From positions 8,415-72,414 of the forward strand of contig JBFMBB010000002.1 of assembly GCA_040755435.1 (NCBI GenBank): 64,000 nt of DNA. The letters run 5' to 3'. How positions within the stretch are numbered: position 1 is the stretch's first letter; each line of letters opens with the position of its first letter. The translations under genes and the position numbers were made by a program. The DNA comes from Pseudomonadota bacterium (GTDB lineage Bacteria > Pseudomonadota > Gammaproteobacteria > Acidiferrobacterales > Sulfurifustaceae). Positions 24,383 to 33,341 of this stretch are shown here, in pieces. The notes under the pieces are model-generated. The model saw only the letters and a list, made by a program, of their open reading frames with translations. It was not told the DNA's origin and searched no databases.

Positions 24383-24706
24383 TCAGGTGTTGAAGCTTTC
24401 CCCGCAGCCGCAGGAGTCCTTCACGTTGGGGTTGTTGAACTTGAAACCCTCGTTCAGGCCCTCACGGGTGTAGTCGAGTTCGGTGCCGTCGAGATAGATC
24501 AGACTCTTGGGATCCACGATCACCTTGGCGCCGTGGCTCTCGTAAACGAGATCATCGGGTTCGATCTTGTCGGCGTACTCGATGACATACGCCTTGCCCG
24601 AACAGCCGGACGCGCGCACGCCCAGGCGCAGGCCCTCGCCCTTGCCGCGCTTCTCGATGAATTTCCGCACGCGTTCCGCGGCGGCCTGGGTCATGGTAAT
24701 GGCCAT
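24383..24706 (-). CDS. iscA: Fe-S carrier IscA
   Basis: SGCSG and CGCGESF. Confidence 0.96.
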   Translation of the reverse strand: MAITMTQAAAERVRKFIEKRGKGEGLRLGVRASGCSGKAYVIEYADKIEPDDLVYESHGAKVIVDPKSLIYLDGTELDYTREGLNEGFKFNNPNVKDSCGCGESFNT

Positions 24707-24733
24707 ATCCGTTTCGCTCCGTAATTCCGGGGC

Positions 24734-25138
24734 TCAGGCGGCGTCCGCCTTCGAGCCCTTGCCGGTTTTGGTCTGGTAATCCGCGATCGCCGCCTTGATG
24801 GCGTCCTCCGCCAGCACCGAACAGTGAATCTTCACCGGCGGCAACGCCAGTTCCTCGGCGATCTGGGTGTTCTTGATCTTGCCCGCCTCCTCGATGCTCT
24901 TGCCCTTGACCCATTCGGTCAGCAGCGAGCTCGAGGCGATGGCGCTGCCGCAGCCGTAGGTCTTGAACTTGGCGTCCTCGATGATGCCCTGTTCGTTGAC
25001 CTTGATCTGCAGCTTCATGACGTCGCCGCAGGCCGGCGCGCCGACCATGCCGGTGCCCACCTGCGCGTCGTTCTTGTCGAACGAGCCGACGTTGCGCGGG
25101 TTCTCGTAATGATCCAGTACCTTGTCGCTGTATGCCAT
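24734..25138 (-). CDS. iscU: Fe-S scaffold IscU
   Basis: YSDKVLDHYENPRN, GAPACGD and LPPVKIHC. Confidence 0.98.
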   Translation of the reverse strand: MAYSDKVLDHYENPRNVGSFDKNDAQVGTGMVGAPACGDVMKLQIKVNEQGIIEDAKFKTYGCGSAIASSSLLTEWVKGKSIEEAGKIKNTQIAEELALPPVKIHCSVLAEDAIKAAIADYQTKTGKGSKADAA

Positions 25139-25175
25139 GGTTTGTACCCCCGAAAATAATAATATGTTTACCGGT

Positions 25176-26390
25176 TCAATGCGCGGCCCACTGCACCTTG
25201 CTGAGATCGACGCCTTCCTGATGCATCTCCCACAGCGGCGACAGTTCGCGCAGCTTCGCGACCTTTTCCCGTACCAGCGCGGCGGCGTAATCGATCTCCT
25301 CCGCCGTGGTGAAACGCCCGATGGTGAAACGGATCGAGCTGTGCGCCAGCTCGTCGTTGCGCCCCAGCGCGCGCAACACGTAGGAAGGCTCCAGGCTCGC
25401 CGAGGTGCAGGCCGAACCCGAGGACACCGCGATGTCCTTGAGCGCCATGATCAGCGACTCGCCTTCCACGAAATTGAAACTCATGTTGAGATTGTGCGCC
25501 ACGCGATTTTCCAGGTCACCATTGACATAGACCTCGGGCATGTCCTTGAGCGCGTTCAGCAGCCGGTCGCGCAGGCCGCGGATGCGCTCGATTTCGGTGG
25601 CCATCTCCTCCCGGGCAAAACGGAACGCCTCGCCCATGCCGACGCACTGGTGCGTGGCCAGCGTGCCGGAGCGCATGCCGCGCTCGTGTCCGCCGCCGTG
25701 CATCTGCGCCTCCAGCCGCACGCGCGGCTTGCGCCGTACGTACAGCGCGCCCACGCCCTTCGGTCCGTAGGTCTTGTGCGCCGACATCGACAGCAGGTCC
25801 ACGTTCATGGCGTTGACGTCGATCGGCACCTTGCCGGTGCTCTGCGCCGCATCGCAGTGAAACAGCACGCCGCGTTCGCGCGCGAGCTTGCCGATAGCGG
25901 CGATATCCTGGATCACGCCGATCTCGTTGTTCACGTGCATGACCGAAACCAGGATCGTGTCCTTGCGGATGGCGGCCTCGAGCTTGCCGAGATCGAGCAG
26001 GCCGTTCGGCTCCGGATCCAGATATGTCACCTCGAAACCTTCGCGTTCGAGCTGGCGGCAGGTGTCGAGCACCGCCTTGTGTTCGGTCTTGCAGGTGACG
26101 ATGTGCTTGCCCTTCTTGCCGTAGAAACTGGCCACGCCCTTGATGGCGAGGTTGTCGGATTCGGTCGCGCCCGAGGTCCAGACGATTTCCTTGGGATCGG
26201 CGCCGATCAGCGCCGCCACGTTGGCGCGCGCCTCCTCGACCGCTTCCTCGGCGTGCCAGCCGAAGGGATGCGAGCGCGACGCCGGATTGCCGAATTCGCC
26301 ATCGGGCGTCAGGTATGAGCACATCTTGTCCGCCACGCGCGGGTCCACCGGCGTGGTGGCGGAGTAATCAAGATAAATCGGTTTTTTCAT
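25176..26390 (-). CDS. iscS: Cysteine desulfurase IscS
   Basis: [13 protein letters not shown] (PLP Lys) and SSGSACTS. Confidence 0.98.
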   Translation of the reverse strand: MKKPIYLDYSATTPVDPRVADKMCSYLTPDGEFGNPASRSHPFGWHAEEAVEEARANVAALIGADPKEIVWTSGATESDNLAIKGVASFYGKKGKHIVTCKTEHKAVLDTCRQLEREGFEVTYLDPEPNGLLDLGKLEAAIRKDTILVSVMHVNNEIGVIQDIAAIGKLARERGVLFHCDAAQSTGKVPIDVNAMNVDLLSMSAHKTYGPKGVGALYVRRKPRVRLEAQMHGGGHERGMRSGTLATHQCVGMGEAFRFAREEMATEIERIRGLRDRLLNALKDMPEVYVNGDLENRVAHNLNMSFNFVEGESLIMALKDIAVSSGSACTSASLEPSYVLRALGRNDELAHSSIRFTIGRFTTAEEIDYAAALVREKVAKLRELSPLWEMHQEGVDLSKVQWAAH

Positions 26391-26425
26391 GTGTTGCCAT
26401 CATCTCCGTTTCATTCTTTGCGTAT

Positions 26426-27574
26426 TCACCCGACGGCCCGGCCCGCCATGCGCCGCAACTGGTGCAGCTGCGCGGCCAGCGCCGCAACAAAAGTATCGAC
26501 ATCCTGCGCCGTATTGCCGGCGCCGAAACTGACCCGGATCGCGCTCAGCGCCAGCGCCGGATCGACACCCATGGCCTGCAACACCGGGCTCGGTTCGCGA
26601 TGACTGCTGGAACACGCCGAACCGCTCGATACCGCGATGCCGGCCCGGTCCAGGTTGAGCAGCAGCGTCTCGCCATCCACGCCGTGGGTGCCGAAACAAA
26701 CCGTGTTGGGCAGGCGGTTTACCTGCGCGCCGAAAATCTCGATGTCACCGAGCGCCTGCAATTCCACTTCCAGCTTTTCACGCAACAAACGCATGCGCGC
26801 GCCGTAATCCGTCAGCTGCGCCTTCGCCAGACCGGCGGCGGCGCCGAAACCGGCGATACCGGCAACGTTCTCGGTGCCGGAACGCCGGCCCTTTTCCTGT
26901 CCGCCGCCCTGCAGCCACGGCATCAGCTCCACCGACTTGTCCGCGATCAGCGCGCCCACGCCCTTCGGGCCGTTGATCTTGTGCGCCGACAGGCTCATGA
27001 GATGCGCCCCGCTCGCGGAAAAATCAACCTCGATCTTGCCCGCCGCCTGCACCGCATCGGTATGCATCACGCCACCGTATTCGCGCACCTGCGCCGCCAG
27101 CGCTGGGATATCCTGGATCACGCCGGTTTCGTTGTTGGCCCACATCACCGAAACCATTTGCGGATGAAGCTTCAGCAGCGCTTGCGTTTCCGTTTCGATC
27201 AGGCGGCCTTGCCCGTCGACCGGAAGGACAGAAACATGCCAGCCGGATTTTTTCAGCGACTCGGCAGGCTCGGTCACCGAGGGATGCTCGGTCGCGCCGA
27301 TAACGATCCGTCCCGGCTCATGCAGCGCCGCAAAACCTTTGATCGCGAGATTGCTGGCTTCGGTGCCGCAGCCGGTGAAGATCACCTGCGTCGGATGCGC
27401 GTTGACCAGCTCTGCCACCTGCTCGCGCGCGCGGTCGACGGCGGCGCGTGCCGCGCGCCCATAGCGATGCACGCTCGACGGGTTGCCGTGCTGTTCCGTC
27501 AGGAACGGCAGCATCGCTTCCAGCACCCGTGCGTCGAGCGGCGACGTCGCGTTATGGTCCAGATAGACCGGCAT
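26426..27574 (-). CDS. Second group-I cysteine desulfurase (NifS/IscS-like)
   Basis: YLDHNATSP, SAHK and SSGSACSS. It is 382 aa and lacks the IscS C-terminal tail (...SPLWEM...). Confidence 0.9.
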   Translation of the reverse strand: MPVYLDHNATSPLDARVLEAMLPFLTEQHGNPSSVHRYGRAARAAVDRAREQVAELVNAHPTQVIFTGCGTEASNLAIKGFAALHEPGRIVIGATEHPSVTEPAESLKKSGWHVSVLPVDGQGRLIETETQALLKLHPQMVSVMWANNETGVIQDIPALAAQVREYGGVMHTDAVQAAGKIEVDFSASGAHLMSLSAHKINGPKGVGALIADKSVELMPWLQGGGQEKGRRSGTENVAGIAGFGAAAGLAKAQLTDYGARMRLLREKLEVELQALGDIEIFGAQVNRLPNTVCFGTHGVDGETLLLNLDRAGIAVSSGSACSSSHREPSPVLQAMGVDPALALSAIRVSFGAGNTAQDVDTFVAALAAQLHQLRRMAGRAVG

Positions 27575-27597
27575 CGAAAACTCCGCGGCGATCAGGA

Positions 27598-28053
27598 CTA
27601 GCGTGCCGCGATCTGCATCCTGCCTTCCTGGCGCGAGGCCACTTCCTGCACATGCGGCTTGGTGACCAGGTCGCCCAGGGTGATCCCGCTCAGGAATTCA
27701 TGGATGCGGGTGCTCAGGTCTTCCCACAGCTGGTGCGTCAGGCAGGTCTCGTCGCCATGGCAATTCTTCTCGCCGCCGCAACGCGTGGCGTCGATATTCT
27801 CGTTGATCGCCACGACGATCTCGGCGACCGAGATTTTATTGGGTTCCATGGCGAGGGTGTAACCGCCGCCGGGACCGCGGACGCTGTCCACCAGTCCGCT
27901 GCGACGCAGCTTGGCGAACAGCTGTTCCAGGTACGACAGCGAGATGCCCTGGCGCTTGGCAATATCGGCCAGCGTGACCGCGCCCTTGTCATAGCGCAGC
28001 GCGAGATCCAGCATGGCTGTCACGGCATAACGACCTTTGGTAGTCAGTTTCAT
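27598..28053 (-). CDS. iscR: Fe-S cluster regulator IscR
   Basis: MKLTTKGRYAV, Rrf2 HTH and C-x5-C-x5-C-x2-H ligands. Confidence 0.96.
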   Translation of the reverse strand: MKLTTKGRYAVTAMLDLALRYDKGAVTLADIAKRQGISLSYLEQLFAKLRRSGLVDSVRGPGGGYTLAMEPNKISVAEIVVAINENIDATRCGGEKNCHGDETCLTHQLWEDLSTRIHEFLSGITLGDLVTKPHVQEVASRQEGRMQIAAR

Positions 28054-28088
28054 AGGATATATTCCCACACGGTTTATATACCCTTGCC

Positions 28089-28120
28089 ATTCTACTTACT
28101 TGATAGTTTCAGTCAACTAT
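28089..28120 (-). promoter_or_regulatory. iscR sigma70 promoter with a type-1 IscR operator
   Basis: Minus strand ATAGTTGACTGAAACTATCAAGTAA (28120-28096) against the consensus ATASYYGACTRWWWYAGTCRRSTAT; TTGACT-16-TAGAAT. Confidence 0.8.
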
Positions 28121-28907
28121 TCTCTTTGGGCTTATCTCTTTGCGGATATTCGGCGGGTATCGGATCTTCGAGGTTGCTGACTTCAAGTTCCGGCATGTCC
28201 AGGTTGACCTTCACCCCCGTCTTTTCCAGTGCACTGGAAATAATTTTCATCTTTTTATCAACGACATGCATGTGATCCAGGATCAGATCGATGGCATGTG
28301 CCACCGGGTCCGGCATATCCGGGCTCTGACCATAGGCATCAAACCCGATTTTCTTCGCCATGGCCTCCCGTTGCTGGTATCTGGCATCGGCCTTTTTGGG
28401 ACCAATCACCCGCCCGGGAATGCCTACCACGGTGGCCCCGGCCGGGACATCCTTTACCACGACTGAGTTCGAGCCCACCCGGGCATTGTCGCCCACCGTG
28501 ACCGGGCCGAGAATCTTGGCACCCGCTCCGACCACGACATTATTCCCCAGCGTCGGATGTCGCTTTTCCTTGCGCCAGGTGGTGCCACCGAGAGTGACGC
28601 CGTGGTACAGGGTGACGTCATCGCCGATCTCGGCGGTCTCACCGATGACCACGCCCATGCCGTGATCGATGAAAAAGCGCTTGCCGATCTTGGCCCCGGG
28701 GTGGATTTCAATGCCGGTCAGCCAGCGGCCCAGCTGGGAAAGCATCCGCGCCAGCCAACGCAACTCCCAGCCCCACAGACGATGCGCCAGCCGGTGCAGC
28801 GCCAGCGCGTGCACGCCCGGATAGGCCGTGAGCAATTCCAGCATCGATCTTGCCGCTGGATCGCGCTGGAAAATGCTGTTCAGATATTCACGCAGATTTT
28901 TAAACAT
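28113..28907 (-). CDS. cysE: Serine O-acetyltransferase
   Basis: [27 protein letters not shown] and KRHPT. Confidence 0.96.
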   Translation of the reverse strand: MFKNLREYLNSIFQRDPAARSMLELLTAYPGVHALALHRLAHRLWGWELRWLARMLSQLGRWLTGIEIHPGAKIGKRFFIDHGMGVVIGETAEIGDDVTLYHGVTLGGTTWRKEKRHPTLGNNVVVGAGAKILGPVTVGDNARVGSNSVVVKDVPAGATVVGIPGRVIGPKKADARYQQREAMAKKIGFDAYGQSPDMPDPVAHAIDLILDHMHVVDKKMKIISSALEKTGVKVNLDMPELEVSNLEDPIPAEYPQRDKPKENS

Positions 28908-28957
28908 GACAAATAATTAATTGATTTGAATATGATATCTATTCTTGATTATTTTAG

Positions 28958-29689
28958 TCAATTTTTAGGCAGGCGCTGCTGTATGGCTGTTAGTATGCCA
29001 CGCATTATGTTCATCTCGTTATCGTCCATGCCGGCGCGATTGAACAGTCGCATCAGGCGGCGCATCAGGTAGCGCGGGTTATCCGGGTCGAGGAAACCGA
29101 CCTGCTGCAACACTTCTTCGAGATGCTGATAAAAGCGCTGCATGTCTTCGCTGCTCGCCAACCTGCCCTCGCGCGGTTCCAGCTCCCCTGCCGGCTTTCC
29201 GGAGAGAACCGACCGATAGATCTCGTACGCCAGAATCTGCACCGCGCTGGCCAGATTCAGGGATGAATAAGCCTGATCGGCCGGGATGGTGACCACGAAA
29301 TGGCAGCGGTCGAGCTCGGCATTGAGCAGGCCGGTGCGCTCCTGGCCGAACAGCAGCGCCACCGGCCCCTGCCGCGCCCCTTCCACCAGGCGGCTGGCGC
29401 CGGCCGCCGGGTCGAGCGTGGGCCATTCGATGCGGCGCGGGCGCGCGCTGGTGCCGATAACGAGATGGCAATCCCTGAGCGCTTCATCGAGTGAGGCGCA
29501 GATCACCGCGGATTCCAATACATCATCCGCACCGGCGGCGCGGTCGGTGGCTTCGGGGCCGGGAAATCTTTCAGGCTCGACCAAATACAGACTGCGCAGG
29601 GCCATGTTCTTCATGGCCCGCGCGGTCGCGCCCACGTTGCCCGGATGGGTCGGGCGGACCAGCACGATGCGAATGTTGGAAAGCGCCAT
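28958..29689 (-). CDS. trmJ: tRNA 2'-O-methyltransferase TrmJ
   Basis: HPGNVGATARAMKNM, FGQERTGL and SSLNLASAV; start at ATG 29689. Confidence 0.93.
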   Translation of the reverse strand: MALSNIRIVLVRPTHPGNVGATARAMKNMALRSLYLVEPERFPGPEATDRAAGADDVLESAVICASLDEALRDCHLVIGTSARPRRIEWPTLDPAAGASRLVEGARQGPVALLFGQERTGLLNAELDRCHFVVTIPADQAYSSLNLASAVQILAYEIYRSVLSGKPAGELEPREGRLASSEDMQRFYQHLEEVLQQVGFLDPDNPRYLMRRLMRLFNRAGMDDNEMNIMRGILTAIQQRLPKN

Positions 29690-29809
29690 GGTCGGTTTTG
29701 TTCTGCCGCCCATTCTACACGCCTTGTGCTTTCAACCGGCAAGGCGGGCGATTACAATGCCGGCCCACATCGGCGGCACTTCGCTCCTTGATAACATCCG
29801 GATAATCCC

Positions 29810-30607
29810 ATGCATCCCATGCTCAACATGGCGGTCAAAGCCGCGCGCAATGCCGGTAACATCATCATGCGCCATGCCGACCGGCTGGAGCGCCTGACGG
29901 TGGAGAGCAAGGGCCTCAAGGATTACGTCAGTGAAGTGGACCGCATGGCGGAGAACGAAATCATCCGCGTGCTGCGCGCCGCCTATCCCAACCACGGTTT
30001 TCTCGGCGAGGAATCCGGCGCCCATGCCGGCGACGAGTTCGTCTGGATCATCGACCCGCTCGACGGCACCACCAACTTCCTGCACGGATTCCCGCACTTT
30101 GGCGTTTCCATCGCGCTCAAGCATCGCGACAAGCTGGACCAGGCGGTGGTGTTCGATCCTTCGCGCAACGAACTCTTCACCGCCTCGCGCGGCAGCGGCG
30201 CGCAGCTGAACGACCGCCGCATCCGCGTCAGCCGCGTTACCGAGCTCGAATACGCCCTGCTCGGCGCCGGCTTCCCGTTCCGCTCGCACGCGCATACGGA
30301 TGCATGGCTGGCCACACTGAAGGAACTCATGCTGAACAGCAGCGGCATCCGCCGCCCCGGCTCGGCCTCGCTGGACCTGGCCTATGTCGCCTGCGGACGT
30401 TACGACGGATTCTGGGAAATCGGCTTAAGCCCCTGGGACATCGCCGCCGGTGCGTTGCTGGTGCAGGAGGCCGGCGGACTGGTAACCGACTTCGCCGGAG
30501 GTCACGGTTATCTGGAAAGCGGCAACATCCTCGCCGGCAATCCGAAAATCCACGCCGAAATGCTGCGCCGCTTGCAGCCGCACCTGACGGAAGATCTACG
30601 ACGTTAA
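29810..30607 (+). CDS. suhB: Inositol monophosphatase SuhB
   Basis: WIIDPLDGTTNF, GSASLDL and WDIAAG. Confidence 0.96.
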   Translation: MHPMLNMAVKAARNAGNIIMRHADRLERLTVESKGLKDYVSEVDRMAENEIIRVLRAAYPNHGFLGEESGAHAGDEFVWIIDPLDGTTNFLHGFPHFGVSIALKHRDKLDQAVVFDPSRNELFTASRGSGAQLNDRRIRVSRVTELEYALLGAGFPFRSHAHTDAWLATLKELMLNSSGIRRPGSASLDLAYVACGRYDGFWEIGLSPWDIAAGALLVQEAGGLVTDFAGGHGYLESGNILAGNPKIHAEMLRRLQPHLTEDLRR

Positions 30608-30610
30608 GAT

Positions 30611-30681
30611 GTAGGGCGCGTATCACGCGCCATTGCTTGGTTTTATCGTCAGATTGGTTCGGCGCGTGGTGCGCGCCCTAC
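30611..30681. repeat. GTAG-type REP doublet, family 2
   Basis: gtagggcgcgtatcacgcgcc ... ggcgcgtggtgcgcgccctac. Confidence 0.8.
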
Positions 30682-30685
30682 GCTG

Positions 30686-30976
30686 CTATTGAACACGGAG
30701 TCTTTTTGCCAATCCAAAAATGGCCATAGCAATAAAGGCATAACCAATAATTATGAGCCCCATGCCTGATTCAATCGCCCCAAAAGAATACAGTTCCCAT
30801 ATAGATTTTTTTCCTCCGGTAAACCAATGATACGCTGGTCCAATTGCAAGTAGAGCAAACCCAAACACAAACGAAATTAAGATTGTCCTTGTTTCCCATA
30901 CCGGCTTTCCAAATTCGCGCCACAACAACCAGACGAAGAGACAAAGCATAAAACCGTTAAATATAACCTCGATCAT
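30686..30976 (-). CDS. Low-GC small membrane protein (3 predicted TM), unknown function
   Basis: 96-aa hydrophobic ORF with about 40% GC by hand count over 30721-30900. Confidence 0.6.
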   Translation of the reverse strand: MIEVIFNGFMLCLFVWLLWREFGKPVWETRTILISFVFGFALLAIGPAYHWFTGGKKSIWELYSFGAIESGMGLIIIGYAFIAMAIFGLAKRLRVQ

Positions 30977-31068
30977 GGCTTGATTTAGCTATAGGTAGCT
31001 CTGACATTCTACGAAGGGTCAATAGCGTCAGACACGATTACGATATGAACTTTCGCTGCTGTCTTTAA

Positions 31069-32796
31069 TCATCCCATCTGCTCGGGAATGACGTCGGCAA
31101 ACACCAGTAGCTCGAAAACATTCGTATATTCCAGCCGCTGCAACAGGCGCACGGTGCGCGCATTTTCTGATTCTTCCGCCAGCAATAAATTACTGCCGGG
31201 CGCGTAAACGCCGCGCGGCAGCAGCAGGGTCGCCGGGCGCTTGAGCGCCTCGATGGCCGGCAGCAGCAGCGCCGGCTGGTAGTCCGGCTCCTTGATGCCG
31301 CGCGCCAAGGCGACCGCCACCGGCTTCACGCCCGAGGCCAGCAACTCGACGCCCATCTCGAGGCTGCTGGCCTCGGGGCTTTTCATCCAGCGCACCACGC
31401 CCACGTTCCAGCGGCCGATTTCATCCAGCTGCTGGATGCCGATCGCGTCGCCGACGCGCACGTAAGTATGCGAGCTGCCGAAGCGCACCAGCTGCAAACC
31501 TTTCGGTGCGGTGTCCTTGATCTGCCAGCGATCCACACGGAAGGCCTCTCCTGACGCTACTGGAGTTTCTTTGGATTCGCGTCGCGGCATCGGGCCCACC
31601 ACCGGCTGGTCGAGCGCGATGAAGTCCTCGTCGGCTTTGGCCTCGCTGGCAATATCCTCTTCAATGTGGGACGGCAACGTAATGCGATCGTCTGATGTTT
31701 CTTTATGCGCCGTCACCGGTGAAACAAAAGCCTTCTGGCCGCCGGCGAAGAAATGCATGGCGGGAATGCCGGCGCACACGAAGGCCGGCCCGCTGCGCCG
31801 CAGGCGCGAATATTGCCGCCGCGGCGACTGGCCCCAGGCGCGCATCATGCGCAGCAGCATGTCGAGGCAGACGGAATCCAGGCCTTCGAACCCGAGCGAC
31901 AGCGTGCGCGCGCTGTCGCCCTTTTGCAGGCGCTGGATGAAAAACTGGATCGAACCCAGCAGCTCCAGCGCGTCCAGCACGCGCAGCCCCTGACCCGGCT
32001 GCAACGCGACGGCGCGCGCGTACGGCACCGGCGGCGCATCGGTCGCGGGATCGATGAGAAAATATCCGGGCGCCGGCGTGGCGTCGAGATTGTCGCGCAA
32101 CAGCGCCTTGCCGCCCCATTGATGCAGGAAGCGCTGCACCTGCCGGCATTCGTTCTGCGGCAGCTGGTAGGGATTGCTCAAACCCAGCAGCAGGATGCGA
32201 ATGTATTCCTGGTTGATCGTGGTTTTGGCAACCATGGGCGCAGGCGTGTCGAGCACCTCCTGCGCCAGATCATGCTCAGCGGCATACCGATAGATCGCAT
32301 GCAGTTCGCGCCACACCTCCGGCGGATACGGCATGTACACCTGGTAGGAATGCAGCAGTACCTCGCCGAGATAATGCAGGGCGCGCAGCAGCGCCTGCGC
32401 CCGCAGGGTTTTCCGGCCCCAGCGCAGCCGCTGTTTTTCCAGGTCCTGCAGGCAACCCTTGTAGCCGTAGGCCATTTCCATGTGCAGCTGGCGGATGAAC
32501 TCTGCCAGCTGGCGTTTCTTCGGCGTCAGCGGCAGCGCAGCGCGGGTGAAATAGGATTCCAGCGCCGCCGTGACCGAGGCCACCGGCGAGTTGTACAGCT
32601 CCATCAGCTCGAAGCGGCGCGCGGCGTCCAGCTCCTGGCGATTGAGGGTATAAAGCGCCTGGTAGATTTCGCGCGCGGTCTCGGCGCTGTCGGCGAGCGG
32701 CAGCGAAGCCAGCCACGCTTGCGCGTACTTGGGATCGGTTTCGGCCATCCAGGCCGAAACGCGCTTCACGGGCATTGAAAGGGCGAGTCCGGTCAC
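31069..32796 (-). CDS. Conserved hypothetical protein with a PilZ-like C-terminal region
   Basis: Helical N-terminus; RQYSR (RxxxR) and WQIKDTAPKG (D-x-S/A-x-x-G-like); VGVVRW beta-barrel signature. Confidence 0.6.
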   Translation of the reverse strand: MTGLALSMPVKRVSAWMAETDPKYAQAWLASLPLADSAETAREIYQALYTLNRQELDAARRFELMELYNSPVASVTAALESYFTRAALPLTPKKRQLAEFIRQLHMEMAYGYKGCLQDLEKQRLRWGRKTLRAQALLRALHYLGEVLLHSYQVYMPYPPEVWRELHAIYRYAAEHDLAQEVLDTPAPMVAKTTINQEYIRILLLGLSNPYQLPQNECRQVQRFLHQWGGKALLRDNLDATPAPGYFLIDPATDAPPVPYARAVALQPGQGLRVLDALELLGSIQFFIQRLQKGDSARTLSLGFEGLDSVCLDMLLRMMRAWGQSPRRQYSRLRRSGPAFVCAGIPAMHFFAGGQKAFVSPVTAHKETSDDRITLPSHIEEDIASEAKADEDFIALDQPVVGPMPRRESKETPVASGEAFRVDRWQIKDTAPKGLQLVRFGSSHTYVRVGDAIGIQQLDEIGRWNVGVVRWMKSPEASSLEMGVELLASGVKPVAVALARGIKEPDYQPALLLPAIEALKRPATLLLPRGVYAPGSNLLLAEESENARTVRLLQRLEYTNVFELLVFADVIPEQMG

Positions 32797-33017
32797 GACG
32801 ATTCCCTGTTCACGGCTTGAGATTATTTTCGAATACTATCAAGTGATTATATAGCACACGTCGCGCGTGCCTGATCCGGAGGCGCGGCGCGTGTCAGAGC
32901 GGATTCCCGCGTTTTTTGGCGATTTATATCGAATATAAACAACGGTTTCGCTTATTCCCCGCACCCGCGCGCGCGTGTATCATTCGGCGCGTTCTTGAAA
33001 AAGCATGGAGAAGGTCG

Positions 33018-33341
33018 ATGACGTACGTGGTCACGGAAAACTGCATCCGCTGCAAATACACGGATTGCGTGGAAGTCTGCCCGGTGGATTGCTTTCATGA
33101 GGGCCCGAATTTCCTGGTCATCGACCCCGATGAATGCATCGACTGCACCCTGTGCGTACCGGAATGCCCGGTGAACGCCATTTTCGCCGAAGACGACCTG
33201 CCGGATGAGCACAAGCAATACACCGCCCTCAACGCCGAGCTGGCCAAGAAATGGCCGGTGCTGACCGAGAAAAAACCCGCGCCCGCGGACGCCGCCGAGT
33301 GGGAAAACAAGCCCGACAAACTCAAGTACCTTGAGCGCTGA
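33018..33341 (+). CDS. fdxA: 7Fe ferredoxin (FdI type)
   Basis: [26 protein letters not shown] ... [12 protein letters not shown]. Confidence 0.95.
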   Translation: MTYVVTENCIRCKYTDCVEVCPVDCFHEGPNFLVIDPDECIDCTLCVPECPVNAIFAEDDLPDEHKQYTALNAELAKKWPVLTEKKPAPADAAEWENKPDKLKYLER

